DNA of 64,000 bases, taken from the NCBI GenBank assembly GCA_016934515.1, contig JAFGSR010000077.1, positions 1,330-65,329 of the forward strand, written 5' to 3'. This DNA comes from Sedimentisphaerales bacterium. GTDB lineage: Bacteria; Planctomycetota; Phycisphaerae; Sedimentisphaerales; SM23-30. A program made the position numbers and the translations under genes. The notes below the pieces were generated by a model, which saw only the letters and a list, made by a program, of their open reading frames with translations, was not told where the DNA came from and did no database searches. Positions 35,921 through 45,178 of the stretch are shown in pieces (the first letter of the stretch is position 1; each line of letters opens with the position of its first letter).

Positions 35921-36976
35921 TTAGAGCGAAATAATATGGTCATTCAACGCCCTGATATTTTCAAGTACATAATCTGGCTCAAGGTGATATAAAATTCTCA
36001 AAGGACCATTGTTGTTTTCTTCGATTACCTGCCGGGCCCAATTAAGTATCGGTTCTGTGGAATCAGCCGAAAAATCGGCAGGCAGGGGAGCGATATCCAC
36101 TGGAATAGCTTTGCCGAAAATCTCGCGTGTTTTGGCTACGGAAGTATAGCCGCCGAGGTCCAGCGCGTCAAGATGAGAAATGTTTTTCATAGGTTCGAGC
36201 AGGTGAGTACTGGGTCCGCACGAATGAAATCGCAAAGGGCCCAGGGCGTCAGCTATTCTGGAAGCCTGGGGTACAACAAATTCCTCAAACATTTGCCGGT
36301 TAACCATACAGCCGGAACATTCGCCGATATGGACGGCGGTGATGGGCAACTCTGCCATTTCGGCAAAATGCCTGACTAGCGCAATAAACGACTCCGTAAT
36401 CCAATCTAATACCTTGATGACTTTTTCCGGCTCAGTGATTAAATCTATGAATACATCCTCGCCGAGGAGTTTTTGTGCCGTTGTCAGTGTGCCGTGAATG
36501 GTTGCCCTGCCGGAGATATCCCAAAAAAACGGCGGTATCGGTGTCAGTTTGCCATCCGAGCGAACCTGGCGAATTTGTTCATCAAAGAGTTTTACCAGTT
36601 CATGCTCGATGAGAGTTTGCGGAGCAGGGAGTTCGTCAGGGTGGCGTCCCTTCAGCGGGGTCATTGATATGTCCGCGTCCATCGAATCGTTTGGGATGAA
36701 TTTAGCACCGATGAGCAATCCCAGGATCATGTTGGGCTGAATGCCGCCCACGAGAATCTGATCGTCGGAAAAAAACGCGTATTCACCGAGATTGGATTCG
36801 GTGTAGAAGATGTTAAGGTCTGCCAGTTTGTCCCGGGCGTATTCGTTGCAGCGACGATCAATCTCCAGACGTTTATGCAGGTCGAAGTAGTAATCCCTGT
36901 CGAACGCCACACCCAGCGTCCGGGCCATCCAACTTTTGGATAACGAGCCAACCAGAGAAATATTCGAAGTGCTCAT
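35921..36976 (-). CDS. URO-D superfamily protein, MtaA-like paralog 2
   Basis: ATG 36976 lies 6 nt after AGGAG. URO-D-like blocks and the H-x-C motif (LRFHSCGPS) are present. It lies directly upstream of the DUF1638 fusion on the same strand. Confidence 0.7.
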   Translation of the reverse strand: MSTSNISLVGSLSKSWMARTLGVAFDRDYYFDLHKRLEIDRRCNEYARDKLADLNIFYTESNLGEYAFFSDDQILVGGIQPNMILGLLIGAKFIPNDSMDADISMTPLKGRHPDELPAPQTLIEHELVKLFDEQIRQVRSDGKLTPIPPFFWDISGRATIHGTLTTAQKLLGEDVFIDLITEPEKVIKVLDWITESFIALVRHFAEMAELPITAVHIGECSGCMVNRQMFEEFVVPQASRIADALGPLRFHSCGPSTHLLEPMKNISHLDALDLGGYTSVAKTREIFGKAIPVDIAPLPADFSADSTEPILNWARQVIEENNNGPLRILYHLEPDYVLENIRALNDHIISL

Positions 36977-37013
36977 CCACTGCTCCTGTTGATATAGCAA
37001 GATGTTCGTTTTC

Positions 37014-39290
37014 CTACTGAATTAATGCTTTGCTCAAGTCAAGAATAGAGGCCTTGACAGCATTGACCGGTTCAGCTACAGGAGCCGTCTGAGCTTTTTT
37101 GAAATCGATTTCGGCTAGCGAGTCGTCCAAATTCAGCAGTGCTTTTGCGACTTTCGGATTGTCCATTTGTTTTTTGGCCATTTGACGAAGAGTTCGGATT
37201 TTTTCGTAATCGGCAATCCCCTCACGCAAGCGTTCGAAGTGAATAGAACTTCGCGGCCCGGGATAGATCAAAAAGCAGTCACCGGCGGTCCAGCCTTTAG
37301 CCCAGTACTTCGTATCGTAGAACGGATTTTCATTCCAGGAATTGTATGCCCAGCGTAGGAAACCGCTGCGGTTGTTAGCAGCGGCGTAAAAACCTATCCA
37401 GGCCGATTCTGCCGGGGGAGAATGTGTAAACGTGTTAGGTTGATTAGGACTGCAACAGACATAAAACGTTGTGGCAAATTTGGAATTTTCATTTCGTTTA
37501 TTAACAACCTCATTATCCACTGGATTTGCAATGAAAGGACTCCAGTCGTCGAGTTCGAATTTTTTTGGAGGATGGTTCGTTGCCGAAGCCAGCCTGATCG
37601 AAGGCGCATATTTTTGCAGAATGCTTTGGGCCGCCAAAACATCTTTTTCCGCCCGTTCGTCCATAGCAATGGTCAAGCGTCCGATCCAGCCTTTTTCCCG
37701 GGCATGGCGTTCAAACGCCTTGAGAAATGGTGCCCAGTGTGCTTCATAGGCCGGTTCACCTGGTTTGGCGGTAAGTTCCTTCCAGTCGCCACTGGTTTGA
37801 TCTATGTAGCGGAATCGATTTGTCCAGGGGAGCATCGAATAGCAATTAATGTAATCATCCAGGCCCGCCTGCTCGGCAAATGCCACGTACTTATCCAACA
37901 GGTCAAAGTCGTATTCCCATGAGCCGTCAGCCTTTTTTGTCCAGGTGATCATTGCTTCATAGCCGTCGTAAACCTGCGCTCCCCAGGGATAACGAAACAG
38001 AGAAACCGTAAGACATTTCTGTCCCGCTTCCGCGAGTATCCGCCAGTAAGGCTCCATCAGGCGGAAGTGTTCGTCGCTCCACAGGCCGACACCATGCCAA
38101 CGAGCAATGGCAAACGGATTTTGCCACAGGTCCAGGTGAAACGCCCAATCGTTCGCCTCCGGCAGGATCAGCGGCAAAACTTCCAGCTCGAAAACGAAGT
38201 CAAGCTGCTTTTGACCAGCCGCAAGTATGTTGATCTTACCTGTATAATGCCCCGCCTTGGCGTCGGCGGGAACATTCATCGTTACCCATACAGGACGCAC
38301 CGTTTTGGCGGGCAAATCAAGACTTTTGACCGGATCGAGGATGTCCGGACACAGTTTTTTCTCCGCCAAAACGTAACGGACAAATCGAGGTTGCAGCGAG
38401 TCCTTCGGCAAAGCCGCCCCGGAATCCGATACCATGGGAGTGGTGTCGAATCTTATTTGCTGAACATCTTCTTTCGAAAAGAGAACAAGTTGTGCATGAA
38501 CGCGTTCACCTTGCCAGGCAACTCCCGAGAAGCGCTTGGTTTCGGATTGCAGTTCCGGTAGTGACTTTTTGGGGTAGAGCTTATCCACCGAACCTATTGA
38601 GCCCTGCAGACCGTCCGACAAATTGTCCCAGCTTCCTTTGGATTTCTGGATATAACTGTCGTCCAGATTATACCCTTCGATTTCCACGATGTGACCGCCT
38701 GATTCGTTACCTGCTGAACTTGCAGTCATCGTTACCCGCACGTAACGCAGATTGCACCTTTCAAATTGCATGAGCGTGCCCGACGAGGTTGATGGTGGCG
38801 CCGTTTTGCGACGATCGACCAGCATTTTCCAGGTTTTCCAGTCGCTCGAACCTTCAATGTAATAGTTGTAGGTGCGACCACCGGGCCAGAACGTCCACAA
38901 GGCTATCGTGTTGACCGGCTTGACCGCACCCATGTCGATTATCAACGTATTCGGTAATTCCAGACCGGCCCAGTGATTTTCCGCGGCATTTGTTTTGTTG
39001 CCGTCCACAGCCATAGCCGGCGTCTGGTTGGCCCAATGCTTTCTGGTCTCGCTAACTTTTGCTTTGAGAAAAAGATTACTTGACGGGAAATCTCCGGCGG
39101 CATATTCGTCCGCCACCTCAAAGTCCGGTCCTTCCGGTTCGAAAACGGGGTGTTGTGCATCGTAGAGCGCTTGTGCTGCGAGATTTGTTACGGTAACAGA
39201 GATCAACAACACCATGATCGCCGGGTACAACAAAAAACGTGCAGATTTTAAAGATCGTCCTGTAAGAAATAATGATTTTGACAAAGACAT
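37014..39290 (-). CDS. secreted F5/8-type-C (discoidin) domain protein with DUF4091 / GH123-like glycoside-hydrolase region
   Basis: 758-aa ORF with a discoidin block AVDGNKTNAAENHWAG..IIDMGAVKPVNTIALW and a C-terminal DUF4091-type block GDCFLIYPGPRSSIHFERLREGIADYEKI. Confidence 0.65.
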   Translation of the reverse strand: MSLSKSLFLTGRSLKSARFLLYPAIMVLLISVTVTNLAAQALYDAQHPVFEPEGPDFEVADEYAAGDFPSSNLFLKAKVSETRKHWANQTPAMAVDGNKTNAAENHWAGLELPNTLIIDMGAVKPVNTIALWTFWPGGRTYNYYIEGSSDWKTWKMLVDRRKTAPPSTSSGTLMQFERCNLRYVRVTMTASSAGNESGGHIVEIEGYNLDDSYIQKSKGSWDNLSDGLQGSIGSVDKLYPKKSLPELQSETKRFSGVAWQGERVHAQLVLFSKEDVQQIRFDTTPMVSDSGAALPKDSLQPRFVRYVLAEKKLCPDILDPVKSLDLPAKTVRPVWVTMNVPADAKAGHYTGKINILAAGQKQLDFVFELEVLPLILPEANDWAFHLDLWQNPFAIARWHGVGLWSDEHFRLMEPYWRILAEAGQKCLTVSLFRYPWGAQVYDGYEAMITWTKKADGSWEYDFDLLDKYVAFAEQAGLDDYINCYSMLPWTNRFRYIDQTSGDWKELTAKPGEPAYEAHWAPFLKAFERHAREKGWIGRLTIAMDERAEKDVLAAQSILQKYAPSIRLASATNHPPKKFELDDWSPFIANPVDNEVVNKRNENSKFATTFYVCCSPNQPNTFTHSPPAESAWIGFYAAANNRSGFLRWAYNSWNENPFYDTKYWAKGWTAGDCFLIYPGPRSSIHFERLREGIADYEKIRTLRQMAKKQMDNPKVAKALLNLDDSLAEIDFKKAQTAPVAEPVNAVKASILDLSKALIQ

Positions 39291-39296
39291 ATTTTT

Positions 39297-40607
39297 TTAT
39301 ACCTCCAATGCAAACTTCGGTTTATTTGTTTCCCATTTACCACGTGTAAAATCCGGCACTTTTAACGGCGCACTGCCGGCTTCAATTGATTGTCCTGACA
39401 ACGGAACAATGCAGCTCATTAAAACAGCATCATAGACATCCAGAGGTGTTTGTGTTTTGTTGCGGACGGTTTCTACAAAGAGTTTTAATTCAAGAAAATC
39501 GGTGCCACCGTGACCACCCTGAAATTCCTGTTTCCACCAGTTATGTTCATACTTTTCCTGATAAGGTTCAAAAGGTTCCCATTGATGATAGGCCGGGCTT
39601 TTACCGGTGATATAAACCGAACTTCTGGCTTCATCATAAATCCCGCGCGTACCCTGGATCATCCATCGGTTGTCGTATGGCCGAGGCAGCTGCATGTCAT
39701 AATTAATGACCAGAGATTTGCCTTTTTTCGTTTTGACTACGGTGGTCACAATATCTCCCTGAGCATATTTCCTTTTAGCGCCGGGGTGGTCCGGGCCGAA
39801 ACGCCGAATGAACATATCGTTAATACCAAAAGAATCCGTAGCTGTCGAGGTGAGAGTGTCGAGGTAATCCCCACACCCGATATCCATCCAGCTATAAACC
39901 GGGCCCACGCTATGGGTGGGATACTGATCACGATTATATTTTAACAAATATTCCGCCGGCCAGCGGTCTTTGCCGGTTTTATTATCAAAAAACCAATGAT
40001 CGATACAGTCATGGGAATGGGCACAATGGCAATGAACGATTTTGCCCAAAAGGCCTTGTCGAATCATTTTGAGGACTGCCAGATTGTCTCGGCGAAAACT
40101 CCAATTTTCCATCATCATGCAGGGGACCTTGGTTGTTTCAGAGGTATTGACGAGTTCCCAACAATCTTCAATGCTCAGCGCCGCGGGAACTTCCACGCCC
40201 GCATATTTACCGGCCTTCATACAATATACCGCCATCGGAGTATGCCACTGCCATGGAGTCGCAATGATTACCGCGTCGATATCATCCCGATCCATCAGCT
40301 TTCGGAAAGAATGCTCGTTTTCGGAATATTCATCGGGCTTTTCCCCGCCGGCTTTGGTTACAATCGACGAAGCTGCTTGCAGTGCCAGTTCATCAATATC
40401 GCACAACGCCTTCACTTCTACATTGGTCATGTTCAACAGGGTACCCAGTAAACTTCGCCCTCTGTTGCCGGTTCCCACGATACCGAAACGAACTGACTTT
40501 GCTTTGTTGGAAGAATCCGCAAAAATCTTTTCGGTTTCAGACAACATCATACCTGCGGTTAAATAACCTGTAGATTGAAAAAACTTCCTGCGTGATATCC
40601 CAGCCAT
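39297..40607 (-). CDS. TAT-exported Gfo/Idh/MocA-type NAD-dependent enzyme, GH109-like
   Basis: 436-aa ORF with a twin-arginine signal (SRRKFFQSTGYLTAGMM) and Rossmann motif VRFGIVGTGNRGRS. Size and signal fit GH109-like enzymes. Confidence 0.7.
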   Translation of the reverse strand: MAGISRRKFFQSTGYLTAGMMLSETEKIFADSSNKAKSVRFGIVGTGNRGRSLLGTLLNMTNVEVKALCDIDELALQAASSIVTKAGGEKPDEYSENEHSFRKLMDRDDIDAVIIATPWQWHTPMAVYCMKAGKYAGVEVPAALSIEDCWELVNTSETTKVPCMMMENWSFRRDNLAVLKMIRQGLLGKIVHCHCAHSHDCIDHWFFDNKTGKDRWPAEYLLKYNRDQYPTHSVGPVYSWMDIGCGDYLDTLTSTATDSFGINDMFIRRFGPDHPGAKRKYAQGDIVTTVVKTKKGKSLVINYDMQLPRPYDNRWMIQGTRGIYDEARSSVYITGKSPAYHQWEPFEPYQEKYEHNWWKQEFQGGHGGTDFLELKLFVETVRNKTQTPLDVYDAVLMSCIVPLSGQSIEAGSAPLKVPDFTRGKWETNKPKFALEV

Positions 40608-40767
40608 GATTCACCTCCGGAATTTTTGTAATAATATGATTAACGCACTTGCCCTTGTATGTGATATAAAAGCAGTATTAAAAGTTCCTTTATTTACATG
40701 TAAATTATAGGGTTGCGGAATAATACGGTCATTTCTGTATAATGTCTCTTGCCGGTCTGAATAAGAC

Positions 40768-41982
40768 CTATCGTTTTAAAAAAGCTGAAACTCCCGGGTT
40801 ATCGGCCCAGTTGCCGCTGGTCTTAACCGGCTTTTTTTCAGAAACAGCTTTGGCAGGAAAAGGCAGTCCCCGATAGGCCCGGGCCAACATGGCGATATTT
40901 GCCTCATCCCCGGTCAATTCGTTAAGGTCTTTGGCCAGGTAATAATCATCTATGCTCGGTAACAAGGAGCCATTGACGGGTCTGGTGAAGCCATAGAGGC
41001 CGAAGCCGGCATTGAGTGAAGCAGGCACCACCGTTCTGGGGTCGGCTTTGTTCCAGGCGGCAAGGCAGTTGATCAGGTTGCCGCGGCCAAGTTCTTTTCG
41101 AATTTGTTTGAGTTCTTCGACTGTACCTCCTTCGTTCATCAGCCAATCGGCTTCTTTAACCAGATTTGAATGAATGATCTGAGGATGATTCAGGTCGAAT
41201 ACGGTCAACCAGATGATACAGTCGGGTTTGGTGGATTTGGCGGCATTTCTGATTTGCTGCCAGCAGCGGACAACCGAACGTTGGGCAAAGTCCAATTCCT
41301 GCTCCTTGCTGACCAGGTCTTTGCCTGGGAAAGGAGAACCCATTAGTTCCGTCCACATTTCAATCTCGCAATCGAGCCATTTTATCTTAGTTTTATGGAT
41401 TGGGCCGTGGAAGAACCAGTCGAGCATGAAGCCATCCATGTCGGTTTTCTCCAACGCATCGGTAATTGCAGAACAAAGGAAATCGATATATTTTTTTGTA
41501 AAGGGAAGATGGCCGTCGCTGGGAACGCCATAGCTTTCGTTCGGGTGCAACTGTCCCCACCGTGTATTGCTGCCCACGCAAAAGTAACCGAACACTTTCA
41601 TGTTTTCCTTATGGCCGAGCCGCACCATATCTTTGAGGAAATCGTGCTTAAGGCCGGGCTGTTCCGGTACAACACCATTTTTGTACCAGGCATAACCATT
41701 GCAGGAGACCGCAAAGGTCTGAATAACATTAGCACCTAAACTCTTATACCATTTCACATGTTCTTTTGGGTCGGCATCGGCCCATAATCCGGGTGCGGCA
41801 AATCCGTTGGGGCCTCCCGGTCCCCAGTTGAAATCGATGCAATAGGCTTTGATCGGCTGATTGTCCTGGAAGGATTCCAGGTGAATTTGTTTGTTTGTGT
41901 CTGTAGAGGGATTCAGTGAGCAGTCTGAGAAGGCAGCAAGGACGACTACGATAATGGACATTACGTTCACGTTAGTAACCAT
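40768..41982 (-). CDS. secreted hypothetical glycoside-hydrolase-like (TIM-barrel, GHL-type) protein
   Basis: 404-aa ORF with a signal-like N-terminus. The blocks LGANVIQTFAVSCNGYAWYK and MDGFMLDWFFH resemble hypothetical glycosyl-hydrolase families. Function is not established. Confidence 0.45.
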   Translation of the reverse strand: MVTNVNVMSIIVVVLAAFSDCSLNPSTDTNKQIHLESFQDNQPIKAYCIDFNWGPGGPNGFAAPGLWADADPKEHVKWYKSLGANVIQTFAVSCNGYAWYKNGVVPEQPGLKHDFLKDMVRLGHKENMKVFGYFCVGSNTRWGQLHPNESYGVPSDGHLPFTKKYIDFLCSAITDALEKTDMDGFMLDWFFHGPIHKTKIKWLDCEIEMWTELMGSPFPGKDLVSKEQELDFAQRSVVRCWQQIRNAAKSTKPDCIIWLTVFDLNHPQIIHSNLVKEADWLMNEGGTVEELKQIRKELGRGNLINCLAAWNKADPRTVVPASLNAGFGLYGFTRPVNGSLLPSIDDYYLAKDLNELTGDEANIAMLARAYRGLPFPAKAVSEKKPVKTSGNWADNPGVSAFLKR

Positions 41983-42026
41983 TGTGTAACTCCTAACTTA
42001 ACATGTAAGTTAAACATTGGATAACT

Positions 42027-43451
42027 TCAGATTCGCCAGGGTGATCGCATCGGCCGGGCCAGCATACGATTCGCTTCCTCGTCCCCGACCACTACTTCCC
42101 GGGTCGGATCCCATTGCAGTTTCCGTTTCAACAGCATGGCGATATTTACCAAATGACAGATCGTTGCCGTCCGATGTCCGACTTCCGGCGGTGCCATCGT
42201 CGTTCCGCGTGACCTTACCGCCTCGATAAAATTCTGATGATGTCCCGGGCTGCGTCCCAAATGCAACTCTTGGGGTCCGAACTTTTCGTTCAACAACGAC
42301 GGCTGTGACGCCTCTAGTCGTCCTCCGTGAATATGAATAAATACCCAACCGTCGCTACCTTCGAATTTTATCCCCCGCGGTGCGACGCTTTCCCCGATCA
42401 ATTGCACCCCGTTGGCATACTTACACTCGAAATTATATTCCAAAAAGGTATCGTAAAGTCCCGTTGCCGGTGCCGAACCTGTTGCCGAGATTTCTACCGG
42501 TCCGGTTGAGTCACTGCTGTTGCCCAGTTGGCCCAGATCAATAATGTGCGCTCCCCGGTCCGTCATTTCACCGCCGCCGTAACTGAGTATAAATCGCCAC
42601 CACAAATGGCACCGCTGCTCGGTGTATTCAGCCCAGGGAGTCGGTCCCAACCACCTGTCATAATCAAATCCATCCGGCACTTCCATGATCGCCGGGGGTG
42701 TGTTATTATTCCGTATAACCTCATGGTGCGAATCATTGTTAGGCATATTTACCCGGATCGTATGCAGTTTGCCGATCCGTCCGTTTCGCACTAACTCACA
42801 GGCGAAGCGAGCATTATCCCGTGAACGTTCATGGCTTCCCGTTTGTAATACCCGATTATACCGGGCCACCTCTGTGCAAACCGCTCGCCCTTCCGCTATT
42901 GTGTTGGTTAAGGGTTTTTCGCAATAAATATCCTTTCCCGCCCGCGCTGCCGCGATGGTAATCAGTCCATGCCAATGATCCGGTGTACACACCGTAACCG
43001 CGTCAATGTCACTTCGCCCCAACAATTCCCGAAAATCCCCATACTCGGCGCAACCCTGGTATTGTCCGCTGCTTTTCTGTTGGCTGTAATAATTTTCCAC
43101 CGCTTGCCGGGCCGGCTCACGACCTGCGGTGTGTCCTTTAAAGCCCGGCGACGCACCCCGCCAGTAGGCATCGCTCCTACGATTCACATCACAGACAGCT
43201 ACCACTTCCACTCCGTCTGTCCGTAAAAACTCATTTAGATTGTGCGTTCCCTGAAGTCCCACCCCGATCATTCCCATTGTTACGCGCTCGCTCGGGGCTA
43301 CTGTTCCGGCCTTACCCAATGCCGACGAACTGACCACATACGGGAATCCCATTGCCGCGATAGCCATTTTTCCCGTTCCCCGCAAAAAACTTCGCCGGGT
43401 AATCTTACTACTACCCATTTTTGTTGGATGTTTACTGTTGCGTCTGACCAT
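42027..43451 (-). CDS. TAT-exported Gfo/Idh/MocA-family oxidoreductase
   Basis: 474-aa ORF with a twin-arginine signal (TRRSFLRGTGKMAIAAMG), Rossmann motif VTMGMIGVGLQG and the EKPL block (DIYCEKPLT). Confidence 0.8.
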   Translation of the reverse strand: MVRRNSKHPTKMGSSKITRRSFLRGTGKMAIAAMGFPYVVSSSALGKAGTVAPSERVTMGMIGVGLQGTHNLNEFLRTDGVEVVAVCDVNRRSDAYWRGASPGFKGHTAGREPARQAVENYYSQQKSSGQYQGCAEYGDFRELLGRSDIDAVTVCTPDHWHGLITIAAARAGKDIYCEKPLTNTIAEGRAVCTEVARYNRVLQTGSHERSRDNARFACELVRNGRIGKLHTIRVNMPNNDSHHEVIRNNNTPPAIMEVPDGFDYDRWLGPTPWAEYTEQRCHLWWRFILSYGGGEMTDRGAHIIDLGQLGNSSDSTGPVEISATGSAPATGLYDTFLEYNFECKYANGVQLIGESVAPRGIKFEGSDGWVFIHIHGGRLEASQPSLLNEKFGPQELHLGRSPGHHQNFIEAVRSRGTTMAPPEVGHRTATICHLVNIAMLLKRKLQWDPTREVVVGDEEANRMLARPMRSPWRI

Positions 43452-43611
43452 TTTTATCTTTCCTTAACTAAGATTTAACTTTAGTTTTGTAATATAATAT
43501 TGTATATGTTTGTTTATCGACGTTGTCAAGCCATCTTTTCCTTCTCCCCCTTTAACGATTACTCTCAAGTAATTTTTGGTTTTTTGCAGTCAAACACTAT
43601 TTTTTTGCTAA

Positions 43612-43950
43612 TTAGCCGTAATGGAAAACTTCTTCCGTGTCCGCCCACCATTGATCTTCGTCCAGGCCTGGAAGAGGCTTTTGGAGAGGTTTGCAGATGT
43701 CCCACCATTTTTGGGTTGATTCATCGGCGGCCATTTTAGCCATGTCCGCTTCGAAATCATTACCCAAATACTCAAAATAACTGAACAAATAGTGTTTACC
43801 ATCAGGCATTTGGCGCAAGAAGATCGAATAATTACTTATATTACATTGTTTTATTGTGTTCAACACGCCGGGCCAGACAGCGGTGTGCAACTTTTTATAC
43901 TCCTCTAGTTTTTCTGATTTAAGTTCAATTATCATGCAATAGCGTTTCAT
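43612..43950 (-). CDS. rhaM: L-rhamnose mutarotase
   Basis: 112-aa ORF MKRYCMIIELKSEKLEEYKKLHTAVWPGVL..NYSIF..YFEY, which is the RhaM/DUF718 pattern. Confidence 0.85.
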   Translation of the reverse strand: MKRYCMIIELKSEKLEEYKKLHTAVWPGVLNTIKQCNISNYSIFLRQMPDGKHYLFSYFEYLGNDFEADMAKMAADESTQKWWDICKPLQKPLPGLDEDQWWADTEEVFHYG

Positions 43951-44069
43951 AATATTCCTCCAAAATCAAGGGCAAATAAGTTGTTGTTTCTCCATCATTG
44001 CCATGTTGGGTAGAATCAGGTCATATACTAATGAGAACAATATATCGTTCTAACATTAAGCGTAACTTG

Positions 44070-45134
44070 CTAAGAGCCGATGAAGTTGCCATAGGTAATA
44101 ACCACTGTTGAGATAACAATCACGAGCATGCCGAGATAGACGGCTATTCGGGGCAGGGCGCTGACACCTTCCCATTCACGGAAAAGTTTACCGTAGATAT
44201 TACTGAAAAGGATCAGTAATGACATATGAATTGCCCAACTGGTGAAATCGAATTCTCCACCGAGGTTCAGATGAGCCATGCCATAGAAGAAAAACTGGAA
44301 GTACCAGAACGCCCCGCTCAACAGTGCCATGAGGTAATAGATTGACAATTTGTCGCGCGTACCTTCCGGCAGTCGGAGAAATTGGCCGACTGTATGGTTT
44401 TTGCGAATCAGCCACACGCACCAGATTAAGTTGGTGACCCAGGCCCCGCCGTGAGAGAACGGATAGATTGCGTTCCAGGACAGCAGTTCGGTGGCGCCCT
44501 GAGCCGTCGCGGCCTTGGCCAGAGGTTTGCCGGCCAGAAGCGCAAAGTTGAACACCGCCGATAGGATGCCAGAAATGATAGCCAACGGTATGCCGAGCTT
44601 GAACGAAAAGGTCTGGGCCGAGGTGTTGCCAGAGCGTTCGCGTAAAAACCCGGCGTAGCCACAAATGATTATACCCGCCACCGCCAGCACGATACCGGCG
44701 AACACAATCAATCCGGGAGTACTGTTGAACAGGGTGTCAATTTTGTTGGCGAATCCGTCGGTAGGCGTCCAGAACAACGGCATGATCGTACCCAGAATCG
44801 CTGAGATGCCGATGGCGAGTGTATAAGTCAGGGAAAAGCCGACGTAGCGGATGGCCAGGCCGAACGCCAGCCCGCCGGTGCCGTACACCACGCCCAATCC
44901 GAACGACTTGAGCATCACCTCCTTGGGGCAGTTGGCCAGAAGTCCTAAATAATCCGGTACAGTCAGAAACGCGCCGAGGATCGGCAGAATCAGCCAGGCG
45001 AAAGTGGCTTGGCTGATCCAGTAGATTTCCCATGCCCAAAGTTTGGTCTTTTTCTGTGGGGTGTAACAACTGGCGGCGGACAAAGCGCCCACACTATGTA
45101 ATCCTACGCCTAAGATCGGATTTGCTGTAATCAT
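44070..45134 (-). CDS. rhaT: L-rhamnose/H+ symporter
   Basis: 354-aa, 10-TM ORF. The opening NPILGVGLHSVGALSAASCYTPQKK..WAWEIYW matches the RhaT family. Confidence 0.85.
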   Translation of the reverse strand: MITANPILGVGLHSVGALSAASCYTPQKKTKLWAWEIYWISQATFAWLILPILGAFLTVPDYLGLLANCPKEVMLKSFGLGVVYGTGGLAFGLAIRYVGFSLTYTLAIGISAILGTIMPLFWTPTDGFANKIDTLFNSTPGLIVFAGIVLAVAGIIICGYAGFLRERSGNTSAQTFSFKLGIPLAIISGILSAVFNFALLAGKPLAKAATAQGATELLSWNAIYPFSHGGAWVTNLIWCVWLIRKNHTVGQFLRLPEGTRDKLSIYYLMALLSGAFWYFQFFFYGMAHLNLGGEFDFTSWAIHMSLLILFSNIYGKLFREWEGVSALPRIAVYLGMLVIVISTVVITYGNFIGS

Positions 45135-45178
45135 GTTATGCTTAATCCTTTATTATAAGTATGTCTTTCCCGAATCAT

